64,000 bases of DNA, taken from assembly GCA_963755335.1 (NCBI GenBank), contig CAVWJW010000003.1:68010-132009 (forward strand), written 5' to 3'. The DNA comes from an uncultured Actinomycetes bacterium. Lineage in GTDB: Bacteria > Actinomycetota > Actinomycetes > S36-B12. The notes beneath the pieces were generated by a model. The model saw only the letters and a program-made list of their open reading frames with translations. It searched no databases and had not been told where the DNA came from. The position numbers were made by a program, and so were the translations under genes. Below, one piece after another: positions 22,610 through 33,525 of the stretch (the stretch's first letter is position 1; every line of letters begins with the position of its first letter).

Positions 22610-22643
22610 CGGACCCGGTTCCGGTCCAGTTCCCTCACGAAAG

Positions 22644-22716
22644 TGCGCCCGGAGGGACTCGAACCCCCAACCGACCGGGTAGAAACCGGTTGCTCTATCC
22701 ATTGAGCTACGGGCGC
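22644..22716 (-). tRNA. tRNA-Arg(UCU)
   Basis: GCGCCCG acceptor stem, TAGCTCAATGGATAGAGC D-arm, ACCGG-TTTCTAC-CCGGT anticodon arm, GGTTCGAGTCC T-arm; CCA not encoded. Confidence 0.97.
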
Positions 22717-22824
22717 CTGCCCGCCCATTGTTCCGTGCGCGGTAGCTGGACGCCGAGACGACCCGTGTGGTCGTGAAACGGCCCTCTCGAAGCCCGTTTC
22801 GCGACCATCCGGGTCTTCTCGGCG

Positions 22825-24114
22825 CTAGGTGTAGACGGGCTGCTCGATGGGGGCCGCTGCAGGGGTCTTCGGGATGGCCAGGCAGGCGAGGGCGGCCACG
22901 AGGGCCAGCGATCCGGCGAGCACCCACGCGCCGAAGTAGTCGCCGGTGGCGGACCGGATGAAGCCCGAGGCCTCGGCCGCCACCGCCGCGCCGACCATAT
23001 GCGCGGCGAACACCCAGCCGAACACGACGGCGCCGCGATCGATGCCGTAGATCTGCCGGCACAGCGTCGCGGTCGGCGGGACGGTGGCCACCCAGTCGAG
23101 TCCGAACAGGATCATCACGACGATCAGGGGTGGCTGCACGTTGGGGCCGAGGATCACCGGGAGCGTGATGAGGGCGACGCCGCGCAGGCCGTAGTAGATG
23201 AGCAGCAGGTACCGCGGGTTGATGCGATCGGTCAGCCAGCCGGAGCCGATCGTGCCGATGATGTCGAAGATGCCGACGACCGCGAGCATGCTCGCGGCCA
23301 CCGTGGGTCCCATGCCGTGGTCGTGCATGGCCGGCACGAAGTGGGTGCTGATGATGCCGTTGGTCGTCCAGCCGCAGACGAAGAAGGTGCCGGCCAGCAG
23401 CCAGAAGGCGGGCGTGGTCGCGGCGAAGCGCAGCGTCGCCAGCGCCGTGGAGGCCGCCCTCCAGCCGGAGTGCGTGGTGTTGCGGCCGAGCTCCTCGGGG
23501 GTGGGCTCTCCCGTAGCGCCATACGGCCGCAGGCCCACGTCCGCGGGACGGTCGCGAATGACGAGCAGCACCAGCGGGATCGTCAGCGCACACAGGACCG
23601 CGATGGCGAGGGATGCCGATCGCCACCCGTGATCCTCGATGGTGCGCGAGATGAGCGGCAGGAAGGCCAGCTGTCCGGTCGCGAAGGCCGTGCCGAGGAT
23701 GCCGAGCACCAGGCCACGGCGGGCAGCGAACCACCGGTTCGCGATCAGCGCACCGAAGACCAGCGCTGTCGAGCCCGCGGCCAGACCGACGACGACGCCC
23801 CACAGGAGCACGAGCTGCCACGACGCTGTCATGAACACGGTCAGGCCGGTGCCGATCGCCATCAGTGCCATGGCCCCGGCGGCGATGCGGGCGATCCCGA
23901 ACCGCTCCATCAGGGACGCGGCGAATGGCGCCGTGAGCCCGTAGAAGACCAGGTTGACCGACACCGCCAGGCTCGTCGCGGAACGGCTCCAGCCGAACTC
24001 GTCCTCGAACGGGACGATCATCACGCCGTACGACGAGCGGAACGCCGCAGAGGCGATCAGCACGAGGAAGGTGACACCCGCGACGTACCACGCACGGTGG
24101 ATGCGCAGCGGCAA
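22825..24114 (-). CDS. MFS transporter
   Basis: About 12 hydrophobic helices; LMERFG, NRWF..RRG, GWLTDR. Confidence 0.9.
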   Translation of the reverse strand: MPLRIHRAWYVAGVTFLVLIASAAFRSSYGVMIVPFEDEFGWSRSATSLAVSVNLVFYGLTAPFAASLMERFGIARIAAGAMALMAIGTGLTVFMTASWQLVLLWGVVVGLAAGSTALVFGALIANRWFAARRGLVLGILGTAFATGQLAFLPLISRTIEDHGWRSASLAIAVLCALTIPLVLLVIRDRPADVGLRPYGATGEPTPEELGRNTTHSGWRAASTALATLRFAATTPAFWLLAGTFFVCGWTTNGIISTHFVPAMHDHGMGPTVAASMLAVVGIFDIIGTIGSGWLTDRINPRYLLLIYYGLRGVALITLPVILGPNVQPPLIVVMILFGLDWVATVPPTATLCRQIYGIDRGAVVFGWVFAAHMVGAAVAAEASGFIRSATGDYFGAWVLAGSLALVAALACLAIPKTPAAAPIEQPVYT

Positions 24115-24156
24115 CGGAACCTCCTCAGGGCGTGGTCGGTCGGACCAGCGTGAACC

Positions 24157-24831
24157 CTACGCCGCGCTCCGGATCCGGTCGACGACCACGCTGACGGCGG
24201 CGGACGTGCAGTAGAGCGGGCCGGTGACGAAGCGGTCGCCAGCCTCCTGCGCGATGCGATCTGGCAGGACACCGGGGAACAGCACGAAGGACGCCACCGC
24301 AGCGCGGTCGCTGCCGCCGTCCTCCAGTGCCGCGAGCGCCTCCGGCACGGTCGGACTGCCGAGCGAGGCGTGCGAGACGACGACGGGGGCGGCGCGGCGG
24401 CGGGACCAGCGGTCGGCCACGCGTTCGAGCTGCGCCTGCGCGAGCGGGTCGCGCGTACCGGCGATGGCCAGGGTCACGGGGCCCTCCGGAAGGGTCGCGT
24501 CAAGCAGCTCGAGCAGCGCCCCATCGGTGCCGATGGGCATCGTCACGACGAGCTCGACGCCGGTCTGCGCGCTCGCACTCTCGACCTCGCGCGGCACGTC
24601 CACGCGAACATGGTGCGCATTGGCCAGGAACGCAGGTACGACGATGGCCGTGCCGATCCCTTCGTCGGCAAGGCCCTGCACCACATCGCGCAGCGAGGGC
24701 CCGTGGTCGAGGAAGGCGCAGCGCACGGTCGCCTGGGAGTGGAGCACCTCGACGGCCCGGGCAAGCTCGGCGGCTGCCAGCTGCGCGCGCGGGTCCGGGC
24801 TGCCGTGGGCGAGCAGGATCACGTCATGCAT
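24157..24831 (-). CDS. Sirohydrochlorin chelatase (CbiX/SirB family)
   Basis: LLAHGSPDP, AFLD, VVPAFL...HVR.DVP; follows cysG. Confidence 0.85.
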   Translation of the reverse strand: MHDVILLAHGSPDPRAQLAAAELARAVEVLHSQATVRCAFLDHGPSLRDVVQGLADEGIGTAIVVPAFLANAHHVRVDVPREVESASAQTGVELVVTMPIGTDGALLELLDATLPEGPVTLAIAGTRDPLAQAQLERVADRWSRRRAAPVVVSHASLGSPTVPEALAALEDGGSDRAAVASFVLFPGVLPDRIAQEAGDRFVTGPLYCTSAAVSVVVDRIRSAA

Positions 24832-26056
24832 GGACGGACACCGGGGTGCGCATGTCGTGCTGCGCCGCGCGAGCGGACTGCGCGACAAGTGCCGGGACGT
24901 TCACGACATCGCCGACGACGATGATGGCCGGGTTCGTCACCGACTCCCGTTCGGCGACGGCGGCGATCGTGGCCAGCGTTGCCGTCGTCACGCGCTGGTC
25001 GGCGGCGTACGCCCGCTCGATCACGGCCACGGGCGTCTCCGCGGACCGGCCGGCGGCCATGAGCGACGTGGCCAGCTGCTCGAGCCGGCCGACGCCCATC
25101 AGCACGACGAGGGTCAGGTCGGTCGCGGCGAGCGGCGTGAGGTCGCCGAGTGCGTGTCCGCTGATGACGACGAAGCCGGCGGTGAGACCCCGATGGGTCA
25201 CCGGGATCCCGGCGGCAGCGGGCCCGGACACGGCACTGGTCAGGCCTGGCACGACTTCGACGGCGATGCCGGCCTCGGCGCACGCCAGCACCTCCTCCGA
25301 GCCGCGGCCCAGGACGAACGGGTCACCGCCCTTCAGCCGTGCGACGCGGAGCCCGCGGCCGGCCCGGTCGACGAGCACCGCATTGATCTCGTCCTGTGTG
25401 AGCGTGTGCCGGCCGGGCGCCTTCGACGCATCGATCAGCTCGACGTCGGGATCGACCAGCTCGAGGAGCCCCGTCGGGGCGAGCCGGTCGTAGACGATGA
25501 CGTCGGCGGTGAGCAGCTCGCGGCGCCCGCGCACGGTGATCAGGTCGCCGTCGCCGGGACCGCCACCGATGAGCACGACACTGCCGTGAGCCCGCGTGCG
25601 GTGCGGGCGCGAGCCGAGGGTGCCGTCCTGGATGCCGAGGGCGACCGAGTCGCGGACGACCTGCGTGCGGCGCGGGTCACCCGTGGTGACGGAGACCGTG
25701 ACGCCGTCGATGGACGCGACCGCGGGAGTGCGGGCATCGCCCGGCTCGTCGGCGCGGACGGCCCACACGCGGCGTCGGGCGGCCTCGTCCGCGACCAGGG
25801 CGTTGACGGACCTCGAGTCCGTGGCCGCGTGCACCAGCCACGCCCCGATGACATCGCTCAGGTCGAACTCCCGCTGCCGCCAGGTGAGGAGGCCAGCCTC
25901 CGCCCACGTGCGGATGGCGGCGGTGGCGTCGGGTGCGACGACGACGACCTCGGCCTCGGCGGCGAGCAGTCCGCGGACGCGTCGCTCCGCGATCGGCCCG
26001 GCACCGACGACGAGGACCCGCTTGCCGGAGAGCTCGAGGTGAAGTGGGTACGTCAC
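24824..26056 (-). CDS. cysG: Siroheme synthase-like fusion (precorrin-2 dehydrogenase-like + uroporphyrinogen-III C-methyltransferase)
   Basis: VLVVGAG.IAERR; GGGPGD..LITVRG, RLKGGDPFVLGRG.EE, GIPVTHRG. Confidence 0.9.
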   Translation of the reverse strand: MTYPLHLELSGKRVLVVGAGPIAERRVRGLLAAEAEVVVVAPDATAAIRTWAEAGLLTWRQREFDLSDVIGAWLVHAATDSRSVNALVADEAARRRVWAVRADEPGDARTPAVASIDGVTVSVTTGDPRRTQVVRDSVALGIQDGTLGSRPHRTRAHGSVVLIGGGPGDGDLITVRGRRELLTADVIVYDRLAPTGLLELVDPDVELIDASKAPGRHTLTQDEINAVLVDRAGRGLRVARLKGGDPFVLGRGSEEVLACAEAGIAVEVVPGLTSAVSGPAAAGIPVTHRGLTAGFVVISGHALGDLTPLAATDLTLVVLMGVGRLEQLATSLMAAGRSAETPVAVIERAYAADQRVTTATLATIAAVAERESVTNPAIIVVGDVVNVPALVAQSARAAQHDMRTPVSVHA

Positions 26057-26796
26057 TGGTGCAGCCCGCACTCGTTCTTGGGGATGCCGCGCCAGCGGCC
26101 GGACCGCGGGTCATCGCCCTCGGCAACCGGGTGCGTGCACGGGGCGCAGCCGACCGACGGATAGCCCTGGTACATCAACGGGTTGACGACGGTGTCGTTG
26201 GTCAGCGTGTACTCCAGGCACTGCTCGTTCGTCCAGTGCAGGATCGGCGCGATCTTGATGACGCCGCGCTTCTCGTCGAACGACACGACGGGAGTGCCCT
26301 CGCGGTGCGGCGCCGTGGCGATCCGCATGCCGGTGATCCACGCGTCGTAGCCGAGGAGCATCTCCTCCATCGGCTCGACCTTGCGCAGCTTGCAGCACAG
26401 GTCGGGGTTGGTGCGCCACAGCTCGGGGCCGTACTCGGCGTCCTGCTCGGCGACCGTCTGCCGCGGGGTGACGTCGATGATCGTCAGCCCGAAGCGACCC
26501 GCGAGGTCGTTGCGGGTCTGGATGGTCTCCTCGAAGTGGTAGCCGGTGTCGAGGAAGATCACCGGGATGTCCGGTGCCACCGTGTGGACGAGGTGCGCGA
26601 TGTTGGTGTTCGCCATCGACTGGCTGATCAGCACGCGCGGGCCGAACATCTGCCACGCCCATGCGATGACCTCCTGCGGGCTGGCGTCAGCCAGCTCGAC
26701 GGCCGCCTTCTCGGCGATCGCGCGCAGGTCGTCGGCCGACAGCCGCTCGCCCGTCTCGGACGCGTAGTCCAGGCCCTGGGACACGGGAGGATTCAT
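26053..26796 (-). CDS. cysH: APS/PAPS reductase, Fe-S type
   Basis: FLDTGYHF, CC..RKV, GYPSVGCAPCT, RSGRW, ECGLH. Confidence 0.95.
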   Translation of the reverse strand: MNPPVSQGLDYASETGERLSADDLRAIAEKAAVELADASPQEVIAWAWQMFGPRVLISQSMANTNIAHLVHTVAPDIPVIFLDTGYHFEETIQTRNDLAGRFGLTIIDVTPRQTVAEQDAEYGPELWRTNPDLCCKLRKVEPMEEMLLGYDAWITGMRIATAPHREGTPVVSFDEKRGVIKIAPILHWTNEQCLEYTLTNDTVVNPLMYQGYPSVGCAPCTHPVAEGDDPRSGRWRGIPKNECGLHQ

Positions 26797-28466
26797 GACA
26801 GCACCGCCTCATCTGCTCGAACGACCCACTCACTGAAGGTCTCGTCGTCGTCGCGCTCGGCGACGAACGTCCGGACCAGCTTCTCGATGTAGTCCGGGAG
26901 GTCATCGGCCGGCAGCCGAAGGCCCTTGACGGACTTGCCGAAGCCCGCCTCCTGGCCGAGCTTGCCGCCCAGGTGAACCTGGAAGCCCTCGACGTCGTTG
27001 CCGTCCTTGTCGAGCGCGCGGATGCCCTTGAGGCCGATGTCGGCGACCTGGATGCGCGCGCACGAGTTGGGGCAGCCGTTGACGTGGACGGCCAGTGGCA
27101 GCTCGTACTCCGGCAGCCGAGCCTCGAGCGTGCTGATGAGGTCCGCGGCGCGCGCCTTGGTCTCGACGATGGCGAGCTTGCAGTACTCGACGCCCGTGCA
27201 GGCCATCGTGTTGCGGCGGAAGGGGGAGGGCGCGTTGACCTCGAGCCCGATCTCCATCAGTCCTGCTACGAGCTTCTCGACGCGGTCGGACGCGACATCG
27301 AGCACGACCACCTTCTGCTCGGGCGTGAGGCGGACGCGGTCCGAGCCGGCCCGTTCGGCCATGTTCGCCAGCGCCGTCAGCCGGGTGCCGGACAGGCGTC
27401 CGACGACCGGGGCGGCGCCGACGTAGTGCCGTCCGTCCTGCTGCGGGTGGACGCCCACGTGGTCGCGTCGTCCGTCGACGGGGCCGGACGGGGCCGGGCC
27501 GTCGAGAAGCGGCTTCGCGAGGTACTCGGTCTCCAGCACCCGGCGGAACGTCTCGGCGCCCCAGTCCTGGACGAGGAACTTCAGCCGGGCCTTGGTGCGC
27601 AGGCGGCGGTAGCCGTAGTCGCGGAAGATGCCGATGACCCCGGCCCAGACGTCGGGGACCTCCTCGATGGGGACCCACGCGCCCAGTCGCACGGCCAGGT
27701 GCGGGTTCGTCGACAGTCCGCCGCCGACCCACACGTCGAAGCCGGGACCGTGCTCGGGATGCACGACGCCGACGAACGAGACGTCGTTGATCTCGTGCGC
27801 GACATCGAGGCGGGGGGAGCCGCTGATCGCGGTCTTGAACTTCCGCGGGAGGTTGGAGTAGGCCGGGTCGAGCAGGTGGCGTCGCAGGATCTCGTCGATC
27901 GCCGGCGTGCCGTCGATGATCTCGTCGAGCCCGACGCCCGCGACCGGCGAGCCGAGGATGACGCGGGGCACGTCGCCGCACGCCTCGGCGGACGAGAGCC
28001 CGACGGTCTCGAGACGGCGCCAGATCTCCGGGACGTCCTCGATGCGGATCCAGTGCAGCTGGATGTTCTGGCGGTCGCTGATGTCGGCGGTGTCGCGCCC
28101 GAACTCCGTGGAGATGGTGGCGATCGTGCGGAGCTGGGCCAGAGACAGACGGCCGCCGTCGGAGCGCACGCGCATCATGAAGTACTCGTCCTCGAGCTCC
28201 TCCGGCTCGAGGTTGGCGGTCTTGCCGCCGTCGATGCCGGGCTTGCGCTGGGTGTACAGGCCCCACCAGCGCAGTCGGCCGGTGAGGTCCGAGCGCGGGA
28301 TGGAGGAGAAGCCGCCCTGGGCGTAGATCGTCTCGACCCGCTCCCGCACGTTGAGGCCGTCGTCCTCGACCTTCATCGCCTCGTTGGGGTTCAGGGCCGT
28401 GCGATCGCCGGCCGCCCACTGGCCCTGACCGGGCTTGAGGGGGGCGCTGCTCGGATTGTCCGACAT
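26793..28466 (-). CDS. sir: Ferredoxin-dependent sulfite/nitrite reductase
   Basis: RWWGLYTQR, RQNIQLH, LPRKFK, ACTG.EYCK, NGCPNSC. Confidence 0.93.
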   Translation of the reverse strand: MSDNPSSAPLKPGQGQWAAGDRTALNPNEAMKVEDDGLNVRERVETIYAQGGFSSIPRSDLTGRLRWWGLYTQRKPGIDGGKTANLEPEELEDEYFMMRVRSDGGRLSLAQLRTIATISTEFGRDTADISDRQNIQLHWIRIEDVPEIWRRLETVGLSSAEACGDVPRVILGSPVAGVGLDEIIDGTPAIDEILRRHLLDPAYSNLPRKFKTAISGSPRLDVAHEINDVSFVGVVHPEHGPGFDVWVGGGLSTNPHLAVRLGAWVPIEEVPDVWAGVIGIFRDYGYRRLRTKARLKFLVQDWGAETFRRVLETEYLAKPLLDGPAPSGPVDGRRDHVGVHPQQDGRHYVGAAPVVGRLSGTRLTALANMAERAGSDRVRLTPEQKVVVLDVASDRVEKLVAGLMEIGLEVNAPSPFRRNTMACTGVEYCKLAIVETKARAADLISTLEARLPEYELPLAVHVNGCPNSCARIQVADIGLKGIRALDKDGNDVEGFQVHLGGKLGQEAGFGKSVKGLRLPADDLPDYIEKLVRTFVAERDDDETFSEWVVRADEAVLS

Positions 28467-28515
28467 AGATTCCTTGCCTAGAGAGTTGGTAGAAAAACGA
28501 CCCGAATAGTCGAAG

Positions 28516-28537
28516 GGCCGCCTCGAAGGAGGCGGCC
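28516..28537 (-). promoter_or_regulatory. Hairpin in sir leader (candidate attenuator)
   Basis: 9-bp stem GGCCGCCTC / GAGGCGGCC, 4-nt loop, between leader peptide and sir. Confidence 0.55.
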
Positions 28538-28560
28538 AGGACGGGTTGGGGGTGATTCGC

Positions 28561-28638
28561 CTAGCGACAGGCCATGACGCCCACGCGCATCAGATCGACA
28601 TGGAAGCGGCGGGTGAGGCCGGTCGACTGTGCGGGCAT
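28561..28638 (-). CDS. 25-aa Cys-containing leader peptide MPAQSTGLTRRFHVDLMRVGVMACR
   Basis: Resembles actinobacterial LTRRxHVDLxRVxxxxC leaders upstream of sulfur genes; TAGGTT -10 element 7 nt before ATG. Confidence 0.8.
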   Translation of the reverse strand: MPAQSTGLTRRFHVDLMRVGVMACR

Positions 28639-29233
28639 GGCGGGAAACCTACGAGACAAAGCGGACAGCCTCGCCAGGGGGTCCCTCACGTGCAAACGGT
28701 TCGCAGGTGGCTCGTCGTCGTGGGACGTCGTCGGGATCTGAACGAGAGCAATGCGTGAGGACGGAACCTAGCGTGACGAACCTAGCCCGGAAAGAGGGTT
28801 CACCATGTCACAGCCCGACCCGACCCCGTCGGTCGCAGCCCGCGGCCATCAATGGGGCGCGGAACGACCTCTCGTGCAGTGGCGTAGATCAGCAGGGCGT
28901 CTCCCTTCGCCCACGCCCTGGGTTCGAGAACGGCCTCGACGGCCTCCGCCCCTCCTGCGGCGGTTCCGCCCTCGGTAGGGGCGTCTGCGGGGCAGCCGGG
29001 CGTCGAGGCCGGTCCAGAGGTGGTCGACGATCCTTCGACCAAGCCCGTTCCCCATTTGGGAGCCGCTGGCGACGTACCCGGCCGGAACCAAGGCCGTCTG
29101 ACGTAGTTCGTCCACAGCCGGGCCAGCGGCGGGTCGCCATGCACAACGCCGCCGCCACGGCCAGCGGCGCCGTGGCGTGGCGCGCAGAGTGCTCGGCAGC
29201 CGGGTCCGCCCCGGGGCACATCGGGAGTTGAGC

Positions 29234-29725
29234 ATGAACGACATCACGTTCACCGTGATCGGCAACCTGGTCACCGACGTCGAGCTGAGGTTCACGAAGT
29301 CCGGAGATCCGGTGGCGTCATTCCGCGTCGCCACCACCGTGCGGCGGTTCGACAAGGGCCTTGGCCGGTGGGTCGACGGGGACACCCACTACTTCAGCGT
29401 CAGCTGCTGGCGGTCCCTTGCCTCGAACGTCGTGCAGAGCCTGGCGAAGGGCATGCCCGTCATCGTCTCGGGCCGCTTGCGCAGCCGAGAGGTCGAGCGA
29501 CCGTGCGGCGAGACCAGCCATACCGTCCGGTACTACGACATCGAGGCCATCGCCGCGGGCCCGGACCTCGCGCGGGGCGTTGCAGCCTTCACGCGGGTCA
29601 AGCGGGAGGCCGTCGTCGAGAGCGAGCGTCGTGCCCTGGCCGATGCCCTCGCCGAGGCGGGGCTGAGCAACGACGAGACCGTCGACCTCGAGACCGGCGA
29701 GGTGCTGCAGGCTCCTGCGGCGTAG
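29234..29725 (+). CDS. ssb: Single-stranded DNA-binding protein, secondary (SsbB-type)
   Basis: VIGNL..D.ELRFT, FRVATT.R, CWR.LA.NV..SL.KG.PVIV.GRL; no DDxPF tail. Confidence 0.9.
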   Translation: MNDITFTVIGNLVTDVELRFTKSGDPVASFRVATTVRRFDKGLGRWVDGDTHYFSVSCWRSLASNVVQSLAKGMPVIVSGRLRSREVERPCGETSHTVRYYDIEAIAAGPDLARGVAAFTRVKREAVVESERRALADALAEAGLSNDETVDLETGEVLQAPAA

Positions 29726-29847
29726 CGATCCTGTCCGGTCAACAGCCGTACATGGGGCGTCGCCGCCGGAGCATGGCGGCCGGCTGCTTCCTACTCTGGA
29801 AGTGCCGGCTCAGGTCGGGCCGGGACAGGCCCTCGAGAGGGGGCACG

Positions 29848-30450
29848 ATGATGCGCATTTCTCGATTACTGATCCTCATCGGTGCCGCAGCCCTCACCCT
29901 CGCCATTCCTGCGTCGGCCGCCGTGGCCGCCGACGCAACAGGGTGCTCCGGCTCCGTGGTCTCGATGAACGCGGCAGGTGACACGTTGGGCACCGCGCAG
30001 GCGCCTGGCGCCGGGGGCACCCAGGCCGATCCGCTGCCGATCGACACCGCTGGCAAGGTGGCCTGGAAGGGCAGCACCGACTCCGTCATCACCGACGCGG
30101 AGTGGAAGGTCACGATCGCCGGTGCCAGCTTCCTGTCGGGCACGTTCGCGAACACCGACGCCCTGACCAGCTCCGAGGGCGTGCAGGACATGTCCGCCGT
30201 TCCCGGGCTGCTCGGCAGGACCCTCACCGACCGCATGAAGGTCCATGTCGAAGGCCAGATCACCGGCACGGGCGGCTCGTGCGCCGCTGATGGATACGTC
30301 ACCGGCGTGACCCCGCCTCTGCAGTCTCCGGTGCTCTGGGCCGGGGGCGTCGTGGGTGCGATCGGCGTGGCGATGGGCATCGGCGTCCTCGCCGGAACCA
30401 AGGCGGCCGCCGCGACGACCGTCGCCTCAGGGGGAGGAGTAGCGGCATGA
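29848..30450 (+). CDS. Exported protein with C-terminal membrane anchor
   Basis: Signal peptide (A-A-A-D), two Cys, C-terminal hydrophobic helix. Confidence 0.75.
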   Translation: MMRISRLLILIGAAALTLAIPASAAVAADATGCSGSVVSMNAAGDTLGTAQAPGAGGTQADPLPIDTAGKVAWKGSTDSVITDAEWKVTIAGASFLSGTFANTDALTSSEGVQDMSAVPGLLGRTLTDRMKVHVEGQITGTGGSCAADGYVTGVTPPLQSPVLWAGGVVGAIGVAMGIGVLAGTKAAAATTVASGGGVAA

Positions 30451-30641
30451 CTGCGAAGGTTCGTCGTCGACCCGTGCTCGGATTCTTCGCCGGGCTGCTC
30501 TTCGGATTCGGGCTGGCGCTCATCCTGTTCTCGTTCGGGATCCTCGAGGTCACCGTGATGTGGCTGGCGATCCTGACCGTCGGGATGGCCATCCTCGGGA
30601 TCGTCCTGGCGTATGCCGCTCCGGCGCGGGGGCGCACGTAG
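30447..30641 (+). CDS. 64-aa two-helix membrane protein
   Basis: ATGA overlap with upstream gene, GGAGGAG RBS, two hydrophobic segments. Confidence 0.75.
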   Translation: MTAKVRRRPVLGFFAGLLFGFGLALILFSFGILEVTVMWLAILTVGMAILGIVLAYAAPARGRT

Positions 30642-30705
30642 CGGTGCGGCGTGCGGGAAGTGGCCTGGTGGGGAGCCACGACGCTCCCCACTAGGCTCCG
30701 TGCTC

Positions 30706-32405
<1,700 letters not shown>

Positions 32406-32411
32406 GCCGTC

Positions 32412-32828
32412 ATGACCGACGGCGAGCGCGTCCTGCGCGTCCCGGTGTATCGCAGGTTCAGCGACCTCGATCCGCTGGGACACGTCAACAACGTCGTGTT
32501 CCACGACTACCTGCAGGAGGCCCGCATGGGTCTCGTGCGCGACATCGCGATGGTCCGCAACGACCAGTACGCGCAGGTGGTCGTCAAGCAGGAGATCAAC
32601 CACCGCAAGCCCCTGATGCTGTCGCCGGAGCCGATCATCATCGAGACCTGGCTGACGCAGCTGGGCAACTCGTCGTACACGATCGCCTACCGGGTGCTGG
32701 ACGAGGTGGGCGACGTCGCGGCGACTGCGTCCTCGGTGATGGCCGTCGTCGATCCCGTGACCAACCGGCCGATCAGGATGAGCCCGCAGCTGCGCGAGCT
32801 CCTGACAGGGCTCAACCACGCCGAGTGA
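32412..32828 (+). CDS. Acyl-CoA thioesterase (hot-dog fold)
   Basis: RFSDLDPLGHVNN...YLQEAR. Confidence 0.9.
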   Translation: MTDGERVLRVPVYRRFSDLDPLGHVNNVVFHDYLQEARMGLVRDIAMVRNDQYAQVVVKQEINHRKPLMLSPEPIIIETWLTQLGNSSYTIAYRVLDEVGDVAATASSVMAVVDPVTNRPIRMSPQLRELLTGLNHAE

Positions 32829-32838
32829 GGTTGCGGGG

Positions 32839-33522
32839 ATGTCCCCGCCCCCGGACACTAGGGCTGTGACCATCAGCCTCGCCGAGCCCGAGGCGAAGGC
32901 CCTCGAGTCGTTCTGCCGCCGCCAGTTGAGCTGGGACGGTGCCCTCCTGGCCCGACTGGTCACCTCCGAGCGCGCCGTGGGCATGTTCACCACCCCACCG
33001 CTCGGCGTCCTGGTCTTCGTGGCGGTGCCCCTGGCCGAGTCGGACGGCCCGCGGGCCGATCGCATGGTCCGGCTGGGGGACTGGGCCGACCTGCTGGCCG
33101 CCAGCGGTGGACGAGACATCGACATCACCGGCCTCGCCGAGGTCGTGCCGCCCGTGACGGCCGGACCGAGCCTGCGCGACCTGCCGCCCTCGGACGGCTG
33201 GCAGGTCCCGATGCACGCCGTCTCCGGCGACCTCGTGCCCCTCGTCCAGAAGGCGACCGAGGAGTTCGACGTCCGCGCCGCCGGCCAGCCCGCGCTCATC
33301 CAGCAGAACATCGCCGACGACATCTGGGAGCGTCCCGTCTGGGCGGCCCTGCCGATGCGGACGCTGCACGCGGCCCGGCAGCTCGGCATGCTCAGCGCGG
33401 ATCGCACCAAGGTGACCGCGTCCAGCTGCGGATCGTGGAAGCGCCTCAGCACTCCCCGCGGCCAGGTGTTCGTGCCGTCGTCGGGCCCCGCGGCCCGGCT
33501 GTCGCTGCGGATCGTGGGCTGA
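32839..33522 (+). CDS. Conserved actinobacterial hypothetical protein downstream of ettA/thioesterase
   Basis: LPPSDGW, LP.R.LHAA..LG.L, W.RLS..RG.V; conserved position. Confidence 0.7.
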   Translation: MSPPPDTRAVTISLAEPEAKALESFCRRQLSWDGALLARLVTSERAVGMFTTPPLGVLVFVAVPLAESDGPRADRMVRLGDWADLLAASGGRDIDITGLAEVVPPVTAGPSLRDLPPSDGWQVPMHAVSGDLVPLVQKATEEFDVRAAGQPALIQQNIADDIWERPVWAALPMRTLHAARQLGMLSADRTKVTASSCGSWKRLSTPRGQVFVPSSGPAARLSLRIVG

Positions 33523-33525
33523 CGC

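Noticed and set aside
28800..29219. 139-aa minus-strand ORF as a real gene
   Set aside because: No recognisable domain, weak start context, overlaps the probable ssb promoter region.
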